A stretch of 63,015 bases of DNA, the filler included, from Deltaproteobacteria bacterium (GTDB lineage: Bacteria; Myxococcota; JACRCW01): assembly GCA_016218805.1 (NCBI GenBank). It is 7 parts of 7 records of this genome, joined end to end, with 100 filler letters (N's around TTAATTAATTAA, not from the genome) between each part and the next. Parts side by side here need not be neighbours in the genome. Positions count along the whole stretch, not along the records: positions 47,770 to 59,642 come from JACRCW010000059.1; positions 59,743 to 63,015 come from JACRCW010000099.1; 5 more parts are not named here. One strand, 5' to 3'. A program made the position numbers and the translations under genes. The notes beneath the pieces were generated by a model that was not told where the DNA came from, did not search any database, and saw only the letters and a program-made list of their open reading frames with translations. How positions within the stretch are numbered: position 1 is the stretch's first letter; every line of letters begins with the position of its first letter. Positions 53,175 to 63,015 of the stretch are shown here, piece after piece.

Positions 53175-55661
53175 ATGGAGCCTGGTCTGCAGGCCCGCCA
53201 GAAGGATCCCAGCCTGCCGGAGATGATCGACCGGTACGAGATCCTGCAGAAGCTCGCCGCCGGCGGGATGGCCGAGTTGTACCTGGCCAAGCAGTCCGGG
53301 ATGGAGGGCTTCGAGAAGGTCGTCGTCATCAAGCGCATCCTGTCGCACCTGGCCACGGACCAGGAATTCGTCTCCATGTTCCTGGATGAGGCGCGCATTG
53401 CCGCCAAGCTGTCCCACCCCAACGTCGTCCAGATATACGACCTGGGGCGCGCCGACGACACGTACTACATTGCCATGGAGTACGTGAGCGGGCGCAACGT
53501 TGCCCACATCACCAAGAAGGCGCGGGACGGGGGCCAGAGCCTGCCGGTGGAGCACGCCGCGCGCATCATGGCCGGCGTGTGTGACGGGCTGTACTACGCG
53601 CACACCCGCAAGGACTATGACGGGAAGCCGCTCAACATTGTCCACCGTGACATCAGCCCGCAGAACATCCTGGTCAGCTTTGCGGGGGGCGTGAAGCTGG
53701 TGGATTTTGGTATTGCCAAGGCGTCCACGCAGCTGGCGCAGACGCGCGCCGGCGTGCTGAAGGGCAAGTACAGCTACATGAGCCCCGAACAGGTCCGGGG
53801 CGACAAGATCGACGCGCGCTCGGACATCTTTGCCGTGGGCATTGTCATGTATGAGATGCTGACCGGACAACGGCCGTTTGAGCGCGACAACAGCCTCAAG
53901 ACGCTCAAGGCCATTGTCCAGGAGAAGCCGCTCAACCCGCGTGACCTCAATCCCGGCGTGCCCGCGGAGATTGTGAAGATCCTCTCCAAGAGCCTGGAGA
54001 AGGACCCCAACCGCCGCTACGCCAACGCCCAGGAGATGCAGTTGGCCCTGGAGGACTGGCTGGACCGCAGCCCCGTCAAATCCAACAACGTCCGCATCAG
54101 CCGCTACCTGTACGACCTGTTTGACGACGAGCTGAACGCAGAGGGCGGCACCCTGGAGGTCAAGGGCATTGGCGAGATCATCATCCCGACGGGGAGCGCG
54201 GAGACGCCGGCCCCCCCCGGGGGGGGGGAGGAGATTCCAGAGGGCACGCTGCGCGCCGCGCTGGACGACGTGGAGGCGGCCCACGACAAGAAGGTCGCGG
54301 AGCGCGCGGCCAAGGCTGCCGCGGTGGTCGCGGAGGTTCCCGTCAGTGATGACACCGAGGCGCCCGAGTCCTCCGAGGACAATGACCCCACGCGCGCGGT
54401 GGCTGCGCCGCCGCCGCCGCCGGGCCGCGGCGCCTCCTCCGTGGTGGCCGCCCGTCCACCCACGGGAGCCGACGAAGCCACGGACCCGTCTTTGGCGTCT
54501 GACGGCGAGGAGGAGGGCGGTGCCACCGACGAACTGGATGGCGCCACCATCCCCGTCTACGACCTGCAGGCGTACGAAGCCGAGCGGCTCAAGCGCCACG
54601 AGGAGGGCGGGCCCGTCAGGCCGGAGCGCTCCACCGTCTCCGTGGTGCGTGACGAATCCAGCATGTCCGGGGACGACGCCGGGTTTGGTGACGACCAGCC
54701 GACGATGAACATGGACGCCTCCGCGCGCGCCGCGCTGCTGGGGCAGATGAAGAAGCCGGGTGGCGCCGCCGGCGCCGCGCCGGAGAAGAAGGCCGAGTCG
54801 CAGAAGGGTGCGCCCGCCGCGCGCGAGAACCGCGTTTCGCCCCCCAAGGATCCTCCCAAGGCTCCGCCCCCGCCCCCCGCGCGGGAAGTGGCCCGGGCCG
54901 CCCCGCCGCCGCCGGTGGATGACCCGCCGGAGACCACGCTGCCCCCGGAGCCCGGCCCATCCACCATGGATGACGAGGTGGTCCCCGGCCTGGCGGGCGG
55001 GCCGGTGCGCCCCGCCGCGCCGTCCAGCAGCCCCGCGTCCTCCCACGCCGGGACCGAGCAATCCGCCATCAAGCTGCCCCTGGCGGCCGCCCGCGGCGCC
55101 CCCGGCCGCAGCGCGGTGGCCCTCAATCCCGTCCAGGAGCGCGTCAACCTGCGCGACGCCGCCGTCTCCATCCCCGTGCCCGGCATGGGGGCCGCACCAC
55201 CCGCCAACGGCGCCGCGGCGCTGCCGGAAGTTCCCCCCTCCACGGCGGAGGCCCCCGCGCCGCCGCCGCCGCCCAAGGCGCCGCTCACCCCGGAGGAACG
55301 TGCGCGGCGGCAGCGCGTGCTGGTGCTGGTGGGCGCCACGGTGTTTGGCCTGGTGGTGGCGGTGGTGGTGGTGGCGGGCATCATGTCTGACGGGGGCGGG
55401 GCCACGGCAACCAAGGATCCGCCGCCGGACAGCGCGCCTGTGGAGCTGGGAAAGATCACCGTGAAATCCACCCCGCCGGGCTGCGAGTTCTTCATTGGCG
55501 GGTTCAAACAACCGGACATGGTCACGCCGGCGCGCGTGGAGGCCAAGGTGGGCCACACCACCGTGCGTGTGGACTGCAAGGGCTACCAGGGCGAGTCCAA
55601 GGAGATTGACGTCGTCAAGGACAAACTGGTGGAAATCACCTTCACGCCGAAGAAGAAGTGA
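53175..55661 (+). CDS. Hanks-type Ser/Thr kinase with TM helix and C-terminal PEGA domain
   Basis: GGMAELY, VIKR, HRDISPQN, DFGIAK, YMSPEQ; VKSTPPG. Confidence 0.95.
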   Translation: MEPGLQARQKDPSLPEMIDRYEILQKLAAGGMAELYLAKQSGMEGFEKVVVIKRILSHLATDQEFVSMFLDEARIAAKLSHPNVVQIYDLGRADDTYYIAMEYVSGRNVAHITKKARDGGQSLPVEHAARIMAGVCDGLYYAHTRKDYDGKPLNIVHRDISPQNILVSFAGGVKLVDFGIAKASTQLAQTRAGVLKGKYSYMSPEQVRGDKIDARSDIFAVGIVMYEMLTGQRPFERDNSLKTLKAIVQEKPLNPRDLNPGVPAEIVKILSKSLEKDPNRRYANAQEMQLALEDWLDRSPVKSNNVRISRYLYDLFDDELNAEGGTLEVKGIGEIIIPTGSAETPAPPGGGEEIPEGTLRAALDDVEAAHDKKVAERAAKAAAVVAEVPVSDDTEAPESSEDNDPTRAVAAPPPPPGRGASSVVAARPPTGADEATDPSLASDGEEEGGATDELDGATIPVYDLQAYEAERLKRHEEGGPVRPERSTVSVVRDESSMSGDDAGFGDDQPTMNMDASARAALLGQMKKPGGAAGAAPEKKAESQKGAPAARENRVSPPKDPPKAPPPPPAREVARAAPPPPVDDPPETTLPPEPGPSTMDDEVVPGLAGGPVRPAAPSSSPASSHAGTEQSAIKLPLAAARGAPGRSAVALNPVQERVNLRDAAVSIPVPGMGAAPPANGAAALPEVPPSTAEAPAPPPPPKAPLTPEERARRQRVLVLVGATVFGLVVAVVVVAGIMSDGGGATATKDPPPDSAPVELGKITVKSTPPGCEFFIGGFKQPDMVTPARVEAKVGHTTVRVDCKGYQGESKEIDVVKDKLVEITFTPKKK

Positions 55662-55665
55662 CCCT

Positions 55666-57009
55666 TTGGCGCGCCGTGAGCGGGGGCCCGAGCGGGGAAA
55701 GACCGGCCCGGTGGTAGAACTGGGGCTGGAGTCGCTGGCGCATGGCGGCGAGGCGGTGGGCCACCACGACGGATTGGCGGTGTTTGTCCCGGGGGGCGTG
55801 CCGGGGGACCGCGTACGGGTGGCGCTGGCGCTGCAGGGGCGGTTTGCCCGGGGCCGGATTCTGGACGTCCTCCAGCCCGCGCCAGGCCGCCGCGCGTCGG
55901 ATTGCCCGCTGCACCCCGCGTGCGGCGGGTGCCCGTGGATGGCGGTCCCCTACGACGTCCAGCTGCGTGCCAAGAGCGACATCCTGCGGGACGCGCTGAT
56001 GCGCCTGGGGCACCTGGCGCTGGAACAGGTCCGCGTGGTCCCCGCCGCGGCGGCCCCGTCCGAAACGCGCTACCGGCACCGCGCGCGCCTGCACGCGGAA
56101 CGTCACGGCGTGGGCCGCGTGCTGGGTTTCCTCCCGGCCAAGGGCCGCGGCGTCATCCCGGTGGACCGCTGCCCCGTCCTGGAGGAGCCGCTGGAGCGGG
56201 CGCTGGTACCTGTGGCCCGTGCGCTGCAACGCGCTCCGGAGGGACCGCTGGACGTCACATTGTCCTGCGAGCCGGTGGAATCCGGCGGGCGCGTGGGAAT
56301 CCTGGTGGAGACGGAGGGCGCGCCGGACGGCCACCGCTGGCGGCGCGTGGCAGACGGGTTGTGGCGGGACCACGGCATCCTGGTGGAGGTGATGCGGCGC
56401 GGGCGCACGCTGGCGCGCGCCGGGGAGGGAAACCTGCGCTACGCGGTGGCTCCGGGTGCGCCCGGTGGACCGTATGAGCATGACGCGTCCTGTTTCACCC
56501 AGGGCAACCGCGCGCAGAACGGCACGCTGACCCGCCTGGCCCTGGACGCCCTGGCCCCCACGCCGGCGGAGCACGTCCTGGAACTGCACGCCGGGTGCGG
56601 CAACTTCACCATCCCGCTGGCCCAGCGCGCAGGCCGCGTCACGTCCGTGGAGAGCCACCCGCGCGCGGTGGAGCACGCTGGGCGCAACCTGCGGCGCGGT
56701 GGCCTGGCCACGCGGGCGCGCGCGTTCACCGCGGACGCGGACAAGCTGGCCGCGGTGCGCCGCGTGGTGGAAGGCCGTGTGGACGCCATCCTGCTGGACC
56801 CGCCGCGGACCGGCGCACCAGGGCTTCCCGCCGTGGTGGAGCAGCTCAAGCCGCGGCGCGTGGTCTACGTGTCCTGCAACCCGGCCACGCTGGCGCGGGA
56901 CGTGGCCCGCGTGGTGGCGCTGGGTTACGACCTCAAGAGCGCACAGGCGGTGGACCTGTTCCCGCGCACGTGGCACGTGGAAGCGGTGGTGGCGCTGGAG
57001 GCCCGGTGA
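55666..57009 (+). CDS. rlmD: TRAM-domain RNA m5U methyltransferase (RlmD/TrmA family)
   Basis: VFVPGGVPGD, CGGC Fe-S motif, FTQGN, LDPPRTG, YVSCNPATLARD, DLFP.T.HVE; start uncertain (55666 or 55711). Confidence 0.88.
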   Translation: MARRERGPERGKTGPVVELGLESLAHGGEAVGHHDGLAVFVPGGVPGDRVRVALALQGRFARGRILDVLQPAPGRRASDCPLHPACGGCPWMAVPYDVQLRAKSDILRDALMRLGHLALEQVRVVPAAAAPSETRYRHRARLHAERHGVGRVLGFLPAKGRGVIPVDRCPVLEEPLERALVPVARALQRAPEGPLDVTLSCEPVESGGRVGILVETEGAPDGHRWRRVADGLWRDHGILVEVMRRGRTLARAGEGNLRYAVAPGAPGGPYEHDASCFTQGNRAQNGTLTRLALDALAPTPAEHVLELHAGCGNFTIPLAQRAGRVTSVESHPRAVEHAGRNLRRGGLATRARAFTADADKLAAVRRVVEGRVDAILLDPPRTGAPGLPAVVEQLKPRRVVYVSCNPATLARDVARVVALGYDLKSAQAVDLFPRTWHVEAVVALEAR

Positions 57010-57038
57010 CGACGACAACGGCGATCCGCGCGGGAGGT

Positions 57039-58451
57039 ATGGAGGCCATCGCCGGCCGGCTGCACGGGTTTGCCGGGCTGATGCGGCACAACGGCGTGCG
57101 CGTGGGCACCTCGGAAGTCATGGATGCGTTCCAGGCCCTGTCCGTCGTCGGGCCGGACGGCATGGGCGTGCGCGAGCTGTTCCGCAGCACGTTGCGTACC
57201 ACGCTGGCCAAGAGTCACCCGGATGTCCTGGTGTTTGACCGGCTGTTTGACCTGTATTTCAACGCTGGCGTGGAGCTGGACGAGCGGCTGACGCAGAGCC
57301 TGTTGGACCAGCTGATGGAAGCGATGCACGGCGAGGGGCAGGTGGCCGCGCTGATGCAGATCCTGCAAGACATGGACGGGCAGTTTGCGCAGCTTACGCG
57401 TGCGGTGCTGGGCGCGCAGGCCGCGCAGCTGAGCCACCTCATCCAGGGCGCATTGTCGGAGATGGACCTGGCCGGGCTGCAGAGCCGGTTGCAGCTGGGG
57501 TACTTCGCGCAGCGGCTGCTGGCGCGGCTGGGCGTGCGGCAGCTGGAGACGGACCTGGAGGGAGTTCGCCGCGCGGTGACCGCGCGCCTGGGTAGCGACG
57601 CGGCAGAACAAGCCATGGCGACGCTGCAGGCACGCGAGGCGGCGCTGCGGGATGCCGCGCGCCGCGCCCTGGGGGCGGAGCTGGACCAGCGCGCCGTGCG
57701 GGACCGCGCGCGTGAGCAGGACCTGATGGACAAGAGCTTTGCGCGGCTGTCTGCCGACGAGATCCGCCGCATGCGTGAAGCGGTCCGCGCGCTGGCCGAG
57801 AAGCTCAAGACCGTGGTCCGCCGCCGGCGGGTGGAGCGGCGCGGCCTGTTGGACGCGCGGCACACGCTGCGGTCCAACCTGGCCACCGGCGGGGTCCCGG
57901 TGAAGATCCGCTTCCGCCGCCGGAAGAAGGAGCGCCCCCAGCTGGCCGTGCTGTGTGACGTGTCTGACTCCGTGCGGCATGTCAGCATGTTCATGCTGCA
58001 ATTCGTCTACACGCTGCAGGAGCTGTTCACGCGCGTGCGGTCGTTTGTGTTCGTGGCGGACCTGGGCGAGGTCACCGAACTGTACCGCGGCCGGCCCGTG
58101 GAGGACGCGGTGGACCTCTCCGTGGCCGGGCAGGTGATCAACCTGCACGCCAACAGCAACTTTGGACGTGCGTTCCTGCAGTTCCACCGCGAGCACCTGG
58201 ACGCCGTCACCCGCAACACCACCGTGATTGTGCTGGGGGACGGGCGCAACAACTACAACCCCGCCCACGCCTGGGTCCTGTCCGAATGGCGCCGCCGCGC
58301 CCGCCGCCTCATCTGGCTGTGCACGGAGGACCGCGCCACGTGGGGGTTTGGTGACAGTGAGATGCACGCATACGCCCGCCACTGCGATGCCACCGAGGTG
58401 GTGCAAAACCTGGGACAGCTGCGCCGCGCGGTGGACGGCCTGCTGCGCTGA
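57039..58451 (+). CDS. CoxE-like VWA-domain protein
   Basis: LCDVSDSV MIDAS motif, RVRSFVF, VIVLGDGRNNY, GDSEM..Y. Confidence 0.9.
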   Translation: MEAIAGRLHGFAGLMRHNGVRVGTSEVMDAFQALSVVGPDGMGVRELFRSTLRTTLAKSHPDVLVFDRLFDLYFNAGVELDERLTQSLLDQLMEAMHGEGQVAALMQILQDMDGQFAQLTRAVLGAQAAQLSHLIQGALSEMDLAGLQSRLQLGYFAQRLLARLGVRQLETDLEGVRRAVTARLGSDAAEQAMATLQAREAALRDAARRALGAELDQRAVRDRAREQDLMDKSFARLSADEIRRMREAVRALAEKLKTVVRRRRVERRGLLDARHTLRSNLATGGVPVKIRFRRRKKERPQLAVLCDVSDSVRHVSMFMLQFVYTLQELFTRVRSFVFVADLGEVTELYRGRPVEDAVDLSVAGQVINLHANSNFGRAFLQFHREHLDAVTRNTTVIVLGDGRNNYNPAHAWVLSEWRRRARRLIWLCTEDRATWGFGDSEMHAYARHCDATEVVQNLGQLRRAVDGLLR

Positions 58452-58529
58452 GCCGCAGACGCGGGGGACGGATTGCGATAAAGGGGCCCGCCGTTTCGTC
58501 CCTTCACCGGTCCCGGAGGTCCGTTGCCC

Positions 58530-59396
58530 ATGCGCCGCCTGCTCCTGCTCTCACTGCTCCTTGCCGCTCCCGCCGCCCGCGCGGGGGTCTACATGGAGGA
58601 GACCACCACCGTCGGTGCCGGCGGCCAGAACCAGTCCACCACCGCCAAGATCTGGGTTGAGGGCGACATGGTGCGCACGGACATGGGCAGCCCGTTTGGA
58701 ATGTCCGCGCAGATGGACATGACGCTCATCATCAACACCCGGAAGGTGTCCGTCACCGGCGTCAACAAGGCGGACAAGACGTTCTGGAAGCTGCGTGACC
58801 AGGACGTGACGGACTTTGGCATGGCCACGCTGATGGCCTACGGCATCAAGAAGGGGCCGGATGGCAAGGTGCAGGTGCCGGCCCGCATCTTTGAGAAGAC
58901 CGGCGAGAAGAAGAAGGTGAAGGTCACCGCCGCCAAGGGCCCGGTGGACGTGGAAGTGGAGAAGGTGAAGGTCAACGTGGCCGCCGGGGCCAATGAGCAG
59001 ATGAAGGGCGTGCAGAGCGTGATGTGGGTGGGCCAGGTGCCCGGCCTGGACCCCTCCGTGCAGCGCACCCGCGTCAGGATGTGGATGGGCACCGGCGCGG
59101 AGGCGGACGAGTTCCTCAAGCAGTACGACGAGCTGGGCGGCGTCCCCGTCATCACGGAAATGAGCATCCCCGCGCCGCCGCAGTCCGGCATGGGACAGCT
59201 CACCACCGTGCAGCAGCTCACCAAGGTGGCGCCCTCCAAGCTGGCGCCCAAGGATTTTGATGTGCCCAAGGCGTTCCGCCAGACGGAAGACCCGTTCACG
59301 CAGCTGCGTCGTCAGATGCCCCAGCGCGGGGCGCCTGGCGCGCCGGGCGGAATGCCCATGCCGCCGTCAGGCAACACGCCGCCTCCCATGCAGTGA
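58530..59396 (+). CDS. Hypothetical exported protein (DUF4412-like)
   Basis: Signal peptide, KIWVEGDMVRTD, EKTGEKK, DFDVPKAF. Confidence 0.7.
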   Translation: MRRLLLLSLLLAAPAARAGVYMEETTTVGAGGQNQSTTAKIWVEGDMVRTDMGSPFGMSAQMDMTLIINTRKVSVTGVNKADKTFWKLRDQDVTDFGMATLMAYGIKKGPDGKVQVPARIFEKTGEKKKVKVTAAKGPVDVEVEKVKVNVAAGANEQMKGVQSVMWVGQVPGLDPSVQRTRVRMWMGTGAEADEFLKQYDELGGVPVITEMSIPAPPQSGMGQLTTVQQLTKVAPSKLAPKDFDVPKAFRQTEDPFTQLRRQMPQRGAPGAPGGMPMPPSGNTPPPMQ

Positions 59397-59447
59397 CGGT
59401 GCGCTGCCGTTAGGTGTGAGCGCGGCGCGTGCCCTATCCTGCAGGGC

Positions 59448-59501
59448 ATGGACGCCGCGACACTGCGCCGTGAGCTGCCCGACTACGGGCCTGATTGGGG
59501 C
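59448..59501 (+). pseudogene. Possible small ORF (MDAATLRRELPDYGPDWG) interrupted by the MITE
   Basis: ATG 13 nt after a TATCCT hexamer; the frame runs directly into the MITE TIR. Confidence 0.4.
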
Positions 59502-59642
59502 GGGTGTGATGCGAGATGGTTGTAGACGCTGGGATCGACAACGCCGCTGCGGCCAGGTAGCACGCCAGCGCGGTGTGGCCCGGCCGCCCCCGGCCGGGAC
59601 GCCAGCGGGACACCCGTGACGTCGCTATGCACCGGCACAGCC
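59502..59642. mobile_element. Second MITE copy, inverted, truncated by contig end
   Basis: Reverse complement of 37290-37429 with one substitution and one 1-nt indel; homology starts at the TIR GGGTGTGAT. Confidence 0.9.
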
Positions 59643-59742
59643 NNNNNNNNNNNNNNNNNNNNNNNNNNNNNNNNNNNNNNNNNNNNTTAATTAATTAANN
59701 NNNNNNNNNNNNNNNNNNNNNNNNNNNNNNNNNNNNNNNNNN

Positions 59743-61740
<1,998 letters not shown>

Positions 61741-61954
61741 TCACGACCGAGCGCAAGATCCTGCCTGCTGGAGCATGCCTGACGCGCGCGGTGGTCCGTG
61801 ACCGCAGGTCTGGCGTGATCCCGTGGGTGCTTTCGCGCGCCTTTCCGTCGCGTTCTGCCGACACGGCGGGGGCCAAGGCTGGGTGATTCGCATGCGGCGC
61901 AGCATGCTCCGCCCGACGCAAGGGCGCCGTGCGAAAAACCCGGATTGGAGGAGG

Positions 61955-61993
61955 AAGAAGGGGCGCCCCGCCGAAGCAGGACGGGGCGCCCTC
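61955..61993 (-). terminator. Probable intrinsic terminator after the upstream cytochrome gene
   Basis: GGGCGCCCCG/CGGGGCGCCC 10-bp stem followed by CTTCTTCC on the minus strand. Confidence 0.65.
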
Positions 61994-62003
61994 CGTCTTC
62001 AGG

Positions 62004-63015
62004 TCACTGGCCGAGCGCCTGGGCGCGCGGCTTGTTGATGATGCCGCCCATCTGCTCAAAGTGGAACTCGGCGGCCACGGAGTTGTGGCACGCGTTGCAC
62101 GTCGAGGCGGTGGGGCTGCTGACCACGTCCGTCAGGTTGGGAACGCTGGCGCGGGAGGCCTGGACGGTGGCCCGCGTAACGGGCGAGGTGCCGTTGGTGG
62201 TCTGCCCGGTGGTCATCAACACGTTGGCGGGCAGGTCCGTGTCATAGCTGGACACGCTGCCGGTGGGCGCGGTGTGGCAGGTCTGGCAGTTGTTGAGGAT
62301 GCCCGGGAAGGTGACCTCGGACCAGTCATAGAAATACACGCCGGAGGTGCCGCGGTCGCGCACGAATTCGTACGGGAACGCGCGCCGCGCCGAGCCGTGG
62401 ATGGCGTGGATCAGTTCTTTGAAGTTCTGCGGCTCCTCCGGGTACAGCAACGGGTCGCTGCCCACGGCGGTGTCCAGGGCGCCAAACGTGTCACGCAGCG
62501 CCTGGGTCACGGTGACCGTGGCGGTGGCGCCACCGGATCCCCACGGGCCAGTGATGGTGGGCGTGGGAGTGGCCACCGGCGTGGGCACCGCCAGCACCGC
62601 CGCAATGAGGGTGGGGTCCGCGCCGCGACCGCTGCTGGACAGGTTGGGCACATGGCAGGTGAGGCAGACCTGCGGGTTGTCCACGCGGTTGCCGCCGTGG
62701 CCTTCAATGGTCTCATGGCAGCCCAGGCACTTGTTCAGGTCCACCGCCACGCGGCGGGCGGCGTCACCGGTGACGCCCTTGACGGAGGAGCGCGTGTGGC
62801 GGGCGATGCTGGCCGGCGGGGTGCCGAAGTTGGACTGCGAGAAGTAGCCCTGCAGGGCCACCGCGCGCATCGTCGCGTTGGCGGGGAAGGTGCCGCGCGC
62901 CGTCGGGATCGTCGCCACGCAGTCACCCGCGGTGCAGACAATGGCGTTGTCCAGCTTGAGGTTGGCCAGCGTGACGCTGGCCGGCTGCGCCGCGGTACGG
63001 CCCAGGTTGTTGTAG
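62004..63015 (-). CDS. OmcA/MtrC-family multiheme cytochrome, C-terminal half, 5'-truncated
   Basis: Four CxxCH motifs (CLGCH, CLTCH, CQTCH, CNACH); HGGNR, FKELIHAIH, HFEQMGG. Confidence 0.9.
   Translation of the reverse strand, partial: YNNLGRTAAQPASVTLANLKLDNAIVCTAGDCVATIPTARGTFPANATMRAVALQGYFSQSNFGTPPASIARHTRSSVKGVTGDAARRVAVDLNKCLGCHETIEGHGGNRVDNPQVCLTCHVPNLSSSGRGADPTLIAAVLAVPTPVATPTPTITGPWGSGGATATVTVTQALRDTFGALDTAVGSDPLLYPEEPQNFKELIHAIHGSARRAFPYEFVRDRGTSGVYFYDWSEVTFPGILNNCQTCHTAPTGSVSSYDTDLPANVLMTTGQTTNGTSPVTRATVQASRASVPNLTDVVSSPTASTCNACHNSVAAEFHFEQMGGIINKPRAQALGQ

Overview
The window is seven assembly contigs (1-3379, 3480-19239, 19340-31263, 31364-43499, 43600-47669, 47770-59642, 59743-63015) joined by 100-nt N/TTAATTAATTAA spacers, so adjacency across spacers is artificial. 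The organism is high-GC and most likely Myxococcota: Glt/Nfs-like beta-barrels plus a GltC-like TPR protein, PEGA Ser/Thr kinases, MYXO-CTERM-like tails, PrkA and SpmAB. Most of the content is housekeeping and envelope genes (gdhA, tRNA-Arg(UCG), lytic transglycosylase, pdxJ, crotonase, acyl-CoA dehydrogenase, S41 protease, tgt, FNR, ddpX, rlmD). The most notable items are: (1) a complete 226-bp MITE with imperfect TIRs and a 9-bp target-site duplication (37204-37429), with a second copy interrupting a small ORF at 59502; (2) directly downstream of it, a co-oriented cassette of an unknown helical protein, a 21-bp tandem array, an ABC-type ATPase and a PIN nuclease, which is a candidate defence module; (3) two tandem OmcA/MtrC-type multiheme cytochromes, one on a 36-triplet collagen-like stalk; (4) a ~213-bp multicopy non-coding element with pseudoknot potential at two contig starts; (5) a decayed tyrosine integrase beside the tRNA; (6) TCG-context codon avoidance in host genes that the foreign DNA lacks. 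All calls come from motif recognition by eye; no database searches were run.
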